Shown: one piece after another, positions 1 through 13,683 of the stretch
Position numbering within the stretch: position 1 is the first letter of the stretch
How the letters are laid out: every line of letters starts with the position of its first letter
Assembly (NCBI GenBank): GCA_035084275.1
Contig: CM068749.1
Location: 14,632,001 to 14,696,000, forward strand
Origin: Hydrolagus colliei
Lineage: Eukaryota
Reading direction: 5' to 3'
Length of the DNA stretch: 64,000 bases
Translations under genes and position numbers: made by a program
The notes under the pieces: generated by a model
What the model was told of the DNA's origin: nothing
Databases searched by the model: none
The model's input: only the letters and a program-made list of their open reading frames with translations

Positions 1-3000
1 AATATGGGATATTGAAAAGCTTCACAGCTTTCTCTGGCAAAATGAAAGTTGTCTGATAATGACTCATCTATAATGTTTGAGATTCATCTATAAGGTGGAG
101 AATTGTGAAGTAGTCCTTGGATAGCTGGCAGCAATACTAAATGAAATTTGCTACTCAAACTTGCTGGATTGTTCTCAAAATTCCAGCATCCACAGCCACG
201 CCTAATCACTTGGTTATGGGGAGTGACTCTTATTGCACGCCAGCGATTTATTCCAGGGCACATCAGAAGGCTTTAGAAGTGGCGTTTTTTCGAGTCAATT
301 AAAAGCGACGTTTCTCTAGCCTTCAGACGCGTCATGCCGTAGACAATAAATACACCTTTGCAACTGGAGAGTGCACATAATTAATTCTGTTATCAATTTA
401 GAATGGATATGTGTCTGTAATTATTACTTGTAAGTGTGGCTCCCAAGTGGGAATGTTTTGCTGTAGCTTTGCACCCTTGAATTTGTACCATAGTTACCAT
501 CTTGTCTCTCAAGTTTCACATTGCTTTTTAAAAAATATTCATGAACCAGTTATAGTTTTCTATTTAGAGGATTTTACTATTGTTAATTGTATTAACATAA
601 ATTTTTATTAAGTATATTGTAATTAGTTCTCAAAGTGTTCTTGTGGTGTTATTGAGTGGCATTTTAAATTAGAATAGTACTAAAGAGTACTTGAAATGAA
701 ACATTGCACTTCTAATTTCTCTCAATAAAGATCTAAAATAATTGAACACAAAATACAACATTGACTGGGATTATGGACATAAGCGTTTTCCTCATAATTA
801 AGTAGTTAGTAGAGAGCGAGGTTGACATGTTCAAGTAGAATTTTGAGTTGGGCAGTTGGACTGTGTTAGCTCCATTGCTGATAACTCATTGACAAGGCCT
901 TAGTGGCTGCTACACCTATTGTAAATGGAAGAAGTACAACATTTTTTGAGCGGTCCTTTTATTTCCAAACAGACCAATCATTAGTTCCTTCAGCATTAAA
1001 CAGGGATGAGAAACATGTCAACATTGGACTTTCCTCTTTTAAATGCTATCTAACTTGGCATAATTTATTCCATGCCTCCTCCAATTTCTTTTCTCCTCTC
1101 TGTCCCCCCTCCCTTCTAAGCAGAACGTGGGGTATAGTTCTCCAAGCACAGTCTTACGCTCCAGTGTCTTTCATAGGTCGCTGGTCTTCATAGATTGACT
1201 ATTTATTCAGGCATGTCTCTAGGTAGTGCCCACAATCTGCACCTTTGTGGAGGGCATAGTCATCTGGATGAGCTTTTGGTGTTTTATTCCTTCCTCCAGC
1301 CTTAGTTGTGAAAGTTAGAGTCTCAAACATTCACTCAGTTTTAGCCTGTAAGTCCATTTTGAAAGCCATTTCACTTCAGTTTTTTTCTAAAACAAAAGGT
1401 CTCCAGATTACATTTGAATTCAGAACATTTCCAAAAGAAGTAATGTTCTGACAATCTTAAGAGTAGGTGCACTTTTGAGCCCAGAAGTTAGCTATCACCT
1501 ATGAATGTGGTTCAGTACCCAATGTAATAAATAGAGCATTTTGTATTTGGGAAAATAGTTTGCTTGAGGTTTGAGGTCTAAACGTGCACTGAGGCTAGTA
1601 ATTTCCTTTATACGTACAGGCAATCAGTAGGAGCCGCGTACAGTGAATTAGCAGTGAAAAAATATACCACAAATTCATTCCCTCCAGGAATAAAACTAGA
1701 CTTTCAGTACCATGATCTGGTCTATGAGTTCAGCGGTGCACTTTGATAGGGAAATGTTAACAGTCTGCCACTCAATTGAAAACAACCATCACTCAGTTCT
1801 CCCAAACATCAATAGACGACACTGTGTGATGAATAGAGGCAGCTCTCTGAAGCCTGGTGCTGTAGCAGTACACCTGGGCCTCTATTATACGTTCTGCCCA
1901 AATTGCATTTTCAGTAAAAGTACACAACTGAATTATATTGTAATTCCCAGAACAGGTTTAAATGGTGCATTTATTCCCACCGCCACTATCCACCTGGGAT
2001 TTAAAAGTGTAGTTAGTACAAGTTCTGTGTATCAAACCTGCCCACCTTGGGGGACAAATAATAAAAAAAACATTTTAGTGACCCCAATCTCGGTCATGCT
2101 ATAGGGAGATTTTAAAAAAAAGCGAAATCATTTCCTGGGTCTCTGTTGATTCAGAACGATTGACTTTTGCGTGTTTATCTTTCTTTGCCACTTGCAGCAT
2201 TTTTTATATTTTGTCAGTTTGGGGAAATCACAATTGGCCATTTTGTGATTATATCTCTAGTTAAATGCATTTCATTATTAAAAGTTGAAGATGCACTAAA
2301 TCCAGTTTGCAAATATCACAAACAAGACCCCAGTATATTGCAGTCTATTGTGCTAAGTGTCAGACATTAGGAGTCATAGGGTTTGTTGCTCTTTATTGTT
2401 CACACCTTTTGCAATTTCCTCTTCCATGCCTCCCTCCCTCCCTCACTCTGCACTGCAAACCACTCTGGCTACATGTCGATGAGTTGGCCACTTTCCAAGT
2501 TTCTGCTAATTCTGGTTTGTAACCAGCCTTGCAGAGGTCTGTAAAGGCAGCCTGAGACACCTTGCCATCTCATTTTCAAATCCTTTATGTTCTGGGAGGA
2601 AGCCTCCCTGATATCCACAGCAAAATCTAGGCAGACGCTATAATGTAGGAATGTCTGGTTTTGCAGATTTAATTACCCCCCTCCCCAGTTTGAGCTCCCA
2701 GTCAGCTGTGTGAAGTGCCATGAGACATCCTACCAGTATGCAAGGTGTGATTATAAATGTTAATTGCTGTTGGGTGTTCCTCTCTAACCTTTCACTTTAC
2801 CATTGGCTTCACACTCATTTCCAGTCGGAAGTGCTTTGCCCTCACTTCCACTTTCATATAGTTAACCAACCAGCTGAAGGCACCATCCTACGATTATCAT
2901 CGAACATATTAAAAGTCATTAGTTGCTGTGATGATCGTGGACACACATAAGTGCAGAACAGTAAACTTACATAACAATTTCATGCAATTCAGCTAATAAA

Positions 3001-3170
3001 TCTGTATCCCTGACATTTCAGTTCCCCTTCACCTGAACTCAAATCTTCCTTACTTGCTCAACCTTGAGCCTCAGAAGACAATAAGTTAAATATAGTAGAA
3101 GACATAAAGACCGATAGAGATGCATTCTGGAAACCAGATCAGAAGCATGTAAAGCAAAACCATGGTACTT

Positions 3171-3235
3171 AACAAAGTACAAAGGTTACTAAAGGGACTC
3201 AACAAAGTACAAAGGTTACTAAAGGGACTCAACAA
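3171..3235. repeat. Perfect 30-bp tandem duplication
   Basis: aacaaagtacaaaggttactaaagggactc x2 plus aacaa. Confidence 0.95.
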
Positions 3236-5182
3236 TCAAAACAATCACTTGAAAAAAGACAGATAATGTTAATGCGGTTGGTCACATGAATAATTCTTAT
3301 GCATTCTCCCTTTATGCTATTCCAGTTGTCACTGCCAAAAATACAGTTCAGTAGTTCTGGTACAAGCTGATGATATCAGGCTGAAAAGCTGCCTCCAATA
3401 ATTAGTCTTGTGTTATATTGAATTTGCACTGAGGCAATATTAAATCTGCATATAGAGCTTGCCTTTAACATTTAATGTCTTTTGGAACAACACATTGAAT
3501 GTACGGAGGCTGCTTGCATCATGATTCTATTTTTACAGATACAAAGGGCTGGTTTCTTTCCTTGCTGGTTGTTTCTCACGGCTAAAACTTCTCACTGACC
3601 GTCAAAGGCTCTGACAGTGATGACAATTGGCAGTATCTGACAGCGCTTGCTATTCTCTTAGCTCTGGCGTTACAGCAATCGAAGTACACCTGCTGTCAAT
3701 AATAGGAACATTAGTTGCACAGTATATATATATGTAGCAATTCTCACTGGGATAAGCGGGTGTGCCAGGTTTGGGTTTGGGAAATACTGTATTTAAAATG
3801 TTATATGTAATCCAAAACTCAGGAGCAAAATGGTCTCGTGCAACCTGTCAACACCAGCTCAGCTCAGTACAGTATTACATTTGGTACAGTTTAAGAGATG
3901 CTATTAAGTGTAAGAAGAAAAGGTCAACCAGTAAAAATTTTCCCTCTGCTCATACAGCGGGCCCTTTCCCAAACCAAATTGGGCTAACATTTCAATTCGT
4001 GAAGTAGCATTTTCAGATGTAAATCCGCCCACAATACTGCTTTCAGCTCAATGCATGTCTCTATTGCTTTGTAAACTCGTTATTTGCTTGGTTATTTCTT
4101 AGTACTATTTCCCTCAAAAGTCCACAAAAAAAATTGTCATTAAGTTACAGCTTGAAACCAGATATAGATAAATTGAATTGACAGAAGAAACCATTGTGAT
4201 AAATGAGCTACATTACAACTAGAATTAGCAGCAGATCAAGATTAATAGGAGGGAAAAGGGATTTAATGTGTTATAGGTCTGACATTGAACATTGCAGAAA
4301 CACTGCAGATTTGGTTTATATTGACCTGGCTGCAGGTTTCCTGGATTCTGGCCATTGACCTGAGCACTAAAATATGCATGTGCAGAGACTCAGTTGTTGC
4401 AGTCACAAATCTATTCAGAAATGACTAGCACAGTGATTAATGCAGCCAGAACAACAACAACAATAAAATGACATTTGTATAGTGCCTTTCACGTCAGGAG
4501 GACGACCCAAGGTGCTGAAGATACCAACTCTGCACTGTTAGAGGCAGCAAATGTAACCTTTGGCCCCACCACACTTCCTGCACCCTGGAAGCCAACGCAA
4601 AGTTTACCAGAACAATAGTTCTTCAATTGTATTGCAACTGTACACAGCATAATATTATTTCCAGGGTTGCAATATCGCATAGCCACAAAAATGATAGTGT
4701 GTTGTTACATCTGATTATATTGAATGAGAGGATTGTTTCGCCGATAGGTGATGTTGAGTGCTAAACAATTGCTGACAATTAAGACATCAAACGTGTAGGT
4801 AACCAGTCACATTGACAATATTGGGTTCAACAGTTATTGAACACATGTAAAATATATGTCACTTTAAAATGACTCGCTTTCTTTCAATACAAAAATGTCA
4901 TTAACGTCTTGTGTGAGGGCAAGATGATTAAGTGAAAGACAAATGGAAAACCTATTAATTGTATCACAGAGAACGAGTAGAATAGGATTGGGTTTCTTGA
5001 AGAAGCTGTTAGAAAAGTGGGATAATGAGAAATAGATTGAAGGACCCCAGATGTTTAGACATGACTAATGGTGTTCATGTCAAAAATTGGCAGCTGGCAC
5101 GTTGTGTTTCAAATACTTTATATCTCTTGTCGAGCAGGAACCATTTCCCTTGCTAAATTTAGCACAATTAGCCTATTATTCT

Positions 5183-5528
5183 ACAACAACAACAGCTTGT
5201 ATTTATGTAGCGCCTCGGAGCGCTTCACATTGGCGGAGTCCACGGCCGAGGAAGTGGGAGGGAGAAGGTGATCATAGGCGCGCTCAAAGAGAAAGGTCTT
5301 CAGGCGTGACCTGAAGATGGGAAACGAGGGGCAAGGCAAAAAGGTTGAGGGAGGAAGTTCCATAGTTTCAGGGTGTAGTGACTGAAAGCACGGCCACCAA
5401 TGGCGGAGCGGAGGATTCGGGGGACAAGGAGGAGGCCGGACCCAGTATATTGGAGGCAGCAGGTATTGCTGTGAGGAGAGAGGAGGTTAGAGAGGTAGGG
5501 AGGTGCAGAGGAGTGGAGGGATTTAAGA
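5183..5528 (-). mobile_element. L2-clade LINE 3' fragment
   Basis: Minus strand encodes a degenerate ORF2 C-terminus (FRSRLKTFLF) and ends cgctacataaatacaagctg(ttg)n, an L2-type tail. Confidence 0.8.
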
Positions 5529-5628
5529 GATTTTATTATTTAATAATGATTGATTTTTTAGTGATGTTGACTCTGGATTTTTTAGTGATGTTCTCTAATT
5601 TAGCAGGGAGGAGATATCAGAAAACTAA

Positions 5629-5772
<144 letters not shown>

Positions 5773-7973
5773 TAGTCAAGATTTTAATGCTCTGACCTTG
5801 TAGCTGAGCAGAATATACACCTAAATGATCACAGCACAGTAATGACTTGATATTAGCCTTTTAACATCCAATAAATTTGCAAAAATGGTTGGGTATTTGT
5901 TTTCCTTGTATGATCGGTGAACATTCATCAGTAGGTTTTACAGACTAATTAAGGAGCAGGAACATTAATCAAAATCTACTTTACACGCATAATAACATAC
6001 GCTATTCTTCATATTACATTGCTTGTACCTGTTAGAAATTGCATTTTAATGATGCATTTTTACAGGAAGGAGAAATTATTTTAGAATGTCATTAATTTCA
6101 GGTGGCTTTGTTGAACTGCATTGAAGGTAGCTCAGTAATATAAAGAATCAAGCTTAGTCCAGACTTTGCTGATCTCCTAGCCTCTACAGTTTGAAGCCTC
6201 TTCCCCGCAGGTTAAATAATATGGATTTTGTGCTTCCTTGAAACTACATCTTATATCAAATCTATACTCCTCACCTGAACCTGTTATTCTCACTATAAAA
6301 TGCAACATATGATAGTAGTGATGTCATAGAACTGTGGTAATAGTTTAACCAAAAATAGCAGATAAATGAGTAATAATGGCAGGCATTCAGCTTTCATATC
6401 AACATTTGCACCCCGAAGAGCAAGTAAATGAGCTTTCACCATGATATTATCCATGAGATATTTCAAAAAGGCATCATTACGATGAACACTTTAAATTGTT
6501 AATTATTTGGCTTTTTATCCAGAGTTATTAATTCAATTCTTCCCGGTTATCCCTTAGCCTCTGGTAGTGTAGAATGCATTGGACAAACCATGGCTTGGCT
6601 TTTTCTTAAAAAAAATTATTTCACTTTAATTGCTTCAGAAGTTACCTTTTCCTCTATCGCATTATTGATCATCAAAAATCGGAGATGGTCTTTTAAACTT
6701 TTTTTAAATTGGAGTGACAAAAAGACAAGACTTGCATCCCATAACAATTATTTACCCCCCTTTTAGTCTGCCAGATGGATTCAATGCAGATTTATACATG
6801 CCATATGCAATTCTCTGTTACCAGGCTTGAGAAGAACGCAGAACATAAGAAATGAATGAGGATGTTGAAATCTGCTGCTCAATGCTCATTATTATTATTA
6901 TTTTAGTGTCGTTAAAGAAACAGGTCGAAGTTTCCCTCAATAAAGTTGGAAATCTTATCATTCATGAAATGGACCGCCCAAGCATATTAAAATGCACAAT
7001 TTTTTAATTTCAAACCATTGGATGCTGAAGCTAGCGCAATGATTTCATTTATTTCCATCAATGTGCATTTAATTTTCCTTCAAAATTGCTCATACGATGG
7101 AAGGAAATTAAAATTTTTCAAAATAAATCTTTTTTTTGAAAAAAGTGTAAATACGATTTTGAGAGGAAATGTCTGCAGGTCACTTACTGCCTTTTTGAGC
7201 GAGCTGAAGTGAAACAAGTATTCAAAGCATTTATTGTAAAGCAGCTATGAAACCGATAGCAATTACCAAAGTTTCAAGTTGTTGCTTTTGCCTTTATAAT
7301 CCATATCCCTATTTCTTCCTTTATTATTTTGCCAGAGATAATTATCAGGCCTGTATGTAATATTACCTCTCCGTAGTTACTTTGGTAATAGAATTTGTTT
7401 TGTTAGTGATCAATGTCGATAGCAACGGTTGCACACAAGGGACAAATTTGTTCATTTGCAATTCTTGTTCCCATGTAGATATTTATTAAATGTCCAGCAG
7501 AAAATTGATAGCAGCATCTTAAATAGAGGAAAGGACATTCAGCCTAATTGCACACAAGTGTAGTGTTGTAAGGTTTATCCTTTTAAATCAATATGCTGTT
7601 CAATGTGTGTAAATCTAAGCATGGAGCTTTTAGGAAGTACGTTAAAGTCGAACAGTTTTGTGTTAAAATAGTACTGTTGTCTATAAACGGTAGAATACCA
7701 GAAGGGAATGGGAAGATGAGGGCTGGGAATGGGGTGCATATTCTGGGGTTGTGTCCAGGTAGCATTAGGGATTGAAGTAGAGACACCTGCATTAACAGAT
7801 TTTGAGCAGTCTGTGCAATAAAAATGAGTGATACATTGAATGGACTTATTCCCCATTCGATTCCTTGCATTCTTCTTGTCTTGGGCTGCCTTCCCTCTCC
7901 CAATTTTATGGCTTAACAATTCAACGGCACGAAAGGCAAAACAAATGTAAGAAATAGGTTTAGTTAAAAAATT

Positions 7974-8350
7974 CAACAACAACTTGCATTTATATAGCGC
8001 CCTTCACGTTGGCTCAGAGTACTTAACAGAGACAGAGCATGACACCAAGCCGCAGGGAGGGAAGTGGTGACCATAAGCGTGGTTGAAGAGAAAGAACTTC
8101 AGGTGTTATCTGAAAAAAAGGGAAGGAGGGGTAAAGGCAGAGGAATTGTGCGAGAGTTCCAAAGTTTTGGGGCGTAGTGGCTAAAAACACGGATGTTTTT
8201 GGTGGAGCTGAGTGGATGAGGGACAAACAGAAAGCCAGAGCAAGCCAGCCGAGGGGAGGTGGCGGAGTGATGAGCAAGCAGATCAGAAAGGCAATGAAGT
8301 GCCAGGGATGAAGGGATTTGTAGATGAGTATGAAGATCTTGAAGTCATGG
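7974..8350 (-). mobile_element. L2-clade LINE 3' fragment
   Basis: DFKIFILIYKSLH motif (ORF 8023..8358) and tail gggcgctatataaatgcaag(ttg)n. Confidence 0.8.
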
Positions 8351-8394
8351 TTAATCAATATTGGCTTTTCTTCTCCCCCCCCCTATCATTATAG

Positions 8395-8448
8395 GGTCTG
8401 CCTGGACCACCTGGCGAAAAAGGAGAAACTGGTGATGTCGGACCAATG
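8395..8448 (+). CDS. COL11A1: Collagen exon (~47), GLPGPPGEKGETGDVGPM
   Basis: 54 nt Gly-X-Y, tag acceptor, gtatgt donor. Confidence 0.93.
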
Positions 8449-8662
8449 GTATGTTCACGTATTGTTAGATTCTGGAACAATTCAGCTATTCTTTACCTTA
8501 AACTGACTGTATTCCAAAGAAAGATGGATCTTGCATTTATTTGCATCCCATGTGGACCAAGAATGCCATTTCTGCAGCTTCAGGCAGAAAATCTGCAGGC
8601 TGGAAGTAATGCAGATGATATCACATGATTTAAGGTTACAAAGGTTCCTGGGGTCATTACCA

Positions 8663-8718
8663 TATATATATATTATGTATATGTATATATATATATATAT
8701 ACACACACATATATATAT
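8663..8718. repeat. (TA)n/(CA)n microsatellite
   Basis: Directly visible. Confidence 0.9.
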
Positions 8719-9020
8719 TAAAGGTTGTTGCAATTTGTTTTGTTCTCTATTTGCTGGGTTTGTTAAAGAAAATGAACTGCTAAGAGTGGTAGTGCACAGG
8801 AAAGAGTTAAAAACCTATGACCCAGGAGACACAAGACTTTCTCATGCTTCTGGTTTGTTGCCCGCTACCCCCTCACCACTGTTTCTTCCCCTCCCACCCA
8901 CTCTTAGTATCTATTTTGTGCAAGCTAATTTAGTTCATTGTGTGATAGCTACAGCAGTTAATTTGTCATCAGAGCAGTGCAAAACATTATAAATAACTTT
9001 TATTCATTTCTTTTAAACAG

Positions 9021-9074
9021 GGTCCGCCTGGTCCACCAGGTCCAAGAGGTCCCCAGGGTCCCAGTGGATCTGAT
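9021..9074 (+). CDS. COL11A1: Collagen exon (~48), GPPGPPGPRGPQGPSGSD
   Basis: 54 nt Gly-X-Y, cag acceptor, gtaagt donor. Confidence 0.93.
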
Positions 9075-9176
9075 GTAAGTACGAAAATGCACACAAACCT
9101 TTTTCCTCACTTTCAAATGAATGTCACTTATAAGTATTTTGTCTCTCACTCTCGTCATCCCTCACTTTCTTTCCAG

Positions 9177-9230
9177 GGAGCGCAAGGTCCATCTGGTGGA
9201 ATTGGCTCTCCTGGTCGTGTAGGTGAAAAG
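9177..9230 (+). CDS. COL11A1: Collagen exon (~49), GAQGPSGGIGSPGRVGEK
   Basis: 54 nt Gly-X-Y, long pyrimidine tract plus cag, gtagga donor. Confidence 0.93.
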
Positions 9231-9579
9231 GTAGGAATATTAATAAGAAAATGGATTGTTCCATATCCTACTGCATGTTCAACAGTTCTTCAATGTGGAG
9301 TTCTTCTCATTCTTATTTTACAAAGCTATCAAAACTCTCCCTGCGTGCACACACCCAAGAAATGAGTTTGGGAAATAACATTTTGGCTATTTTGCCTACG
9401 GGAGAGATTATTGGAATATATTCTCACCAGACCAGATAAGGTTGCAGCTGCCTAACTTATCGACAGGCCTTCTCAGTGCCACACACACACAGTGTTGGTA
9501 TGACAGACTGTTTGAGCTTCTGATTTCTTCCATCCTTTGTTGTTCATTAAACAAAATTCTCAACACCTTTACCTTGGTG

Positions 9580-9760
9580 TTGGAAGGTTGTTGGGTTCAA
9601 GCCTCACATCGGGACTTTGCATTCATAGTCTCAATTGACATACCAGTGCGGTCCTGGGGAAGCGCAATATTGTTAGAAAGGCTATCCTTCAGGTGCGACA
9701 TTAACACCTGCCTGCTCAGTTGAGCATTAAAGAAAAATTCCATGGTACTATTTTAAAAGT
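9580..9760 (+). mobile_element. Old tRNA-derived SINE fragment resembling shark SacSINE1/DeuSINE 5' half
   Basis: gaaggttgttgggttcaagcc B-box, then ccagtgcggt...cttcaggtgcgacattaac...ccatggtactatt, matching my recollection of that consensus. Confidence 0.55.
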
Positions 9761-9903
9761 GACTTTATGGATCATCTCACTTGTAAAATGTTCCAATACA
9801 AATAAGTTGTTTGAGCAGATCTCACACTATTTATGAGGTGGATATAATTTGTATGCAGGGTGAGGAAACTTAAGTTAGTTTTTTTAACAATCTTTTCTTC
9901 TAG

Positions 9904-9957
9904 GGTGAGACAGGTGAAGCTGGCGATCCTGGCCCTCCAGGAGAACAAGGTTCTCAT
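9904..9957 (+). CDS. COL11A1: Collagen exon (~50), GETGEAGDPGPPGEQGSH
   Basis: 54 nt Gly-X-Y, tag acceptor, gtaagt donor. Confidence 0.93.
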
Positions 9958-11150
9958 GTAAGTTACTTTATGTCACTGAACCAAATACTTATCATAATTC
10001 CCACAACACAACACTTCTCAAACAGAGTACATTTCGTTTCCTCACTGTTGACATTTGCTTTGGATATAGCGGTACCAAGTATATTTTAAGATCCCCCCCC
10101 TACCCCCTACCATTCGTTAATTACGAGATTCGGTCTTGCAGAGTGAATGTTCCTGACACGCATACAAAATTAGTTATATTATCCTGGGCATTTGCTTTTC
10201 CAAGAGCAAAGCACTTTCTGATCAGCTTCACTTAGAATTAACAGAACAAATAAAGAGTGCAGCAAATCTCATTTATTCTGCCTCACCTCAAAATGGCAAC
10301 TAACATGTGCTGGCGGCTCTGAAAGTTAAATTGAAGCTGCCGGATAATCAGTGCAATCAAGCAAGTAATTAAAATGGTGTAATTATGAGGAGATTGTATT
10401 GTACAATTGTAAGGGATTCCAATTGGTTTGTGGTGGCTGTATTTGAAAAGGTCAGAGTAATAGGTCACCTTGTATTTAATTATTTAACCCAATATCTAAA
10501 TCCTATTAGGTGTTCCACTTGATTGGCATTTGAGCAGATATTCCAATCATCGCAAATATAAGAGATCTCACAAAGGTCAAATGATACTTCCAAACTCAGG
10601 CACCATGCCATGAGAATGAAAAGGAATGTGAATTGACTTGATATATATCACAGGCAATTGTTATCACATTGACCATAAATACAGTCTAAAAGAGTCAACA
10701 TTAGCTATAAAGGTGAATCAATGCTTTATGCCGGTAGACCCTTTATGGTCGACACACCAATTAAATTTTCTTGATTGAATAATTCTTCATTTGTGCCATA
10801 AATCAAGAAGTATTCGATCAAGAAGAAACTGAAAACACACTATTGATCAAACATGGTTAACTAGACTTGTGCAAATATTAGGGAGTGGGGGTTGGGGATT
10901 GGTGGGTGGGTTACGAAGGAGGTGAATATATTGAATAGATTTTTTGGTGAGGGAACTGTTGAAGGATGTAAGAACTAAAATTTATTATTGAGTTCTTCAA
11001 ACATAGACATTGAAATGGACTCCAATTATGTTGCCATGATAAAATTTGTAGCAATTTAGAAATTATCCTGGGATTTGCTTTTCCGAGAGCAAAGCACAGA
11101 ATTGATTGCCAAACCACTTGCAGAAAGACAGCCTTTTAATACAGAATTGA

Positions 11151-11250
11151 TAATAATAATCCTTGCATTTGATATAGTGCCTTATCACATCTTCGAGACA
11201 TCTCAAAGTACTTCACAGAATATACTGTAAAGTGAATTGACTGTATTTTT
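11151..11250 (-). mobile_element. SINE 3' fragment with (AAT)n tail
   Basis: Near-identical to the 3' ends of the longer copies at 42488 and 54909. Confidence 0.85.
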
Positions 11251-11707
11251 TATTAAGTTCATAGATTGAAGGCAGTATACAACACTGGTTTATATTGAAA
11301 ATCTTGCAATTAAGCATTGTCACTTTTGCAGTGTAACTCTGTCTATTTGGTACTGAACTTATTATTTGCTCTCTGCAATTAGGCCAGTGCTTTTACCCAT
11401 AGGCCACGAGAGTAGACTGTGATGATGGCATTTTGTAAGTTTTTAAACAGCAAGAAAAAATATAATTACAATTCTTTGAATAATTTATGAAAACAGAAAA
11501 GCATATGGTTTATAAATTACATCTCCCGACTACTAGTCATTTAATAGTATGCCCAGTAAAGCACCAAATCGCATCTTGGAAAGTTGTCCTAGTTCAATTA
11601 TTCATAGCAGAAATTATTCAAGCTGACACAGTTTTATAATGCAAGGTTTCAGATCAGCCGTTCACTAATTGAATGGGCTAACGTGTTCTATTATATCCCT
11701 GTATTAG

Positions 11708-11815
11708 GGCCCTAAAGGTGATCGAGGAGACAAGGGTGAGGCTGGTCCACCTGGTGCTGCTGGACCTGCAGGTGCAAAGGGTCCCCCAGGTGATGATGGT
11801 CCCAAAGGCAACCCC
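11708..11815 (+). CDS. COL11A1: Collagen exon (~51), [36 protein letters not shown]
   Basis: 108 nt Gly-X-Y, tag acceptor, gtaagt donor. Confidence 0.93.
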
Positions 11816-11889
11816 GTAAGTTTGTCTGTTGATAATCAATGTATTGCACACCCGAGACCTTTTTTTTTACTAGGGACCTGGACTAAAGG

Positions 11890-12115
11890 GAACAGGAACC
11901 AGCCCATTGAGCCTGTTACATCAGTTTATTAGGATTGAATTGGTTTCAATCCTAGTTCCTTTTGTCACACACTTTAAAACCCCTACTACCTGAGTAATTT
12001 CGAAGATCTCTTTTGAACAACTCCTATCAATTCCGCCCCAAAACCCTTCTGGTTTAGAGCATTTCCACTTCTTCATAATTCTCTGTGTGAATAAATGCCT
12101 CCTGACTTCTTTCTG
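11890..12115 (-). mobile_element. CR1-like LINE 3' fragment
   Basis: Minus strand aggaggcatttattcacacagagaattatg...tggaaatgctct resembles the CR1 ORF2 end (FTQRV..WN.L); aggctcaatgggctg tail-like motif. Confidence 0.55.
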
Positions 12116-13629
12116 ATGTTAACCCTGCACTGGAAGATCTCAACAAACTGAACTCCTAACTTGTGGAGGTTTCATAAATAAGTTTGACCATCATAGTTGC
12201 AACCAATCTACTTCGGATGAAGTTATGCAAGTTAGTGTTGCTTCTTGCACATTATTAATTAATTGTATTTTCCTCCATAAGTTAACAGGGCATTTGTTTG
12301 GTAATGCTTGCCCATCCATCTTGATCTTTAACTATTACCTTGGAACCTCAGTGACACTGCGACACTTTGATGGATTATATTAAACTTGATAAGTGACTTG
12401 CTCTTGCCAGAATTGACTTTGAGAGATGGATCACCTGACCACTATCTATCTGTCTGCCCATTTACTCCACACAAAGGCACTTTAAATTAGACTATATCAA
12501 CGTTTTTCAAAATTGATCAAAATAAGGAAACTTACTTGTTTTATCCCATTTAAAATGGACTTTACTGCTGCACGTTGCTGTGTTCTGCATTGCTGTGTGA
12601 TTTTGAAATTGACTCTTTTTCTTACCTGATTTTATTGTTTGAATTTACCTTACAGTACACAAATTAAGACTTGTTTGCAATTATATCAGCATTTTGATTT
12701 CTGAGTCATGTCAAGAATGATTTCCTCAATTCTATTTGTAGGGATTGTTCACGAACAGTTCTGTCACTTTGATCGATAGTGCTATAGAGCAGATGGAACA
12801 GTTTTTGTCGTGCCTTGAATGGGTTATGAACCTGTCCTAGATACTGTTGCATAATCTGCTTTGATCATACAGAATAACACTGTGAGTTAGAGATAAAACA
12901 GACACAACACTACAGCTATGCTGAAAAGTCACTCATCACCCAAACTGGCATGTTGCAATGAAGCTCAAATGCGCAATTATGTGGATATCAGAGGAATAGT
13001 CGTGTCTTTCCACAGAGAACACTCATTAGATAAATGCATAGTTTCACTCAGATGCCAAATATTTTGTTATTCTTGTCACAAAGTGAGTGTTGTGAAATCA
13101 GAAAAATAAACATACGGAGTGCAGTATGTGAGATTCGCAAACCAAAATTAATTTCAATTAATTGTTAATTTCAATGAAACATTTCAATTCATGATTCTGA
13201 GAGAATTTTTGTTAAAGCTGAATACCAGGATTTGAAAATCTTCTTCAAGAATGATGAGTTTGTGTGTTGAAGCTTTGAAACATTATATTCAATGGGAAAT
13301 GGAAAATGAACACTGCTCTTAATTTGCATCAAACTACACTCTCTGGTGTGCCTATAACAAAGAGGACAATTGGTACCATAAACTGCATGGAAAATCTATA
13401 CTTCTTCATGTGTTATTTTATACAGAACATGGTTTATGTATTGTAAGGTTTAAATGAGGTTACAATGCCCATCGGTAATGTATCATTGAAAGCAACTAAT
13501 AATATAGAATTCACAACAAGGCCAGATAGCTTGAAAAAACCTCCCAAAAAACATACCAGGTTGATTAGTTCATCATTTTGCGTAGTGTATCCCTGCTGAG
13601 TTAATTAGTTCAAATGCCTTTTCTTCTAG

Positions 13630-13683
13630 GGTCCAGTTGGTTTCCCTGGCGACCCTGGCCCTCCTGGTGAAGCTGGTGCTGCT
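13630..13683 (+). CDS. COL11A1: Collagen exon (~52), GPVGFPGDPGPPGEAGAA
   Basis: 54 nt Gly-X-Y, tag acceptor, gtaagt donor. Confidence 0.93.

Noticed and set aside
3171-3235. CRISPR-like repeat
   Set aside because: Two adjacent units without spacers in vertebrate DNA.
10881-10910. G-quadruplex-forming G runs (also ~22484-22511 and ~60283-60311)
   Set aside because: Common low-complexity tracts with no positional evidence of function.
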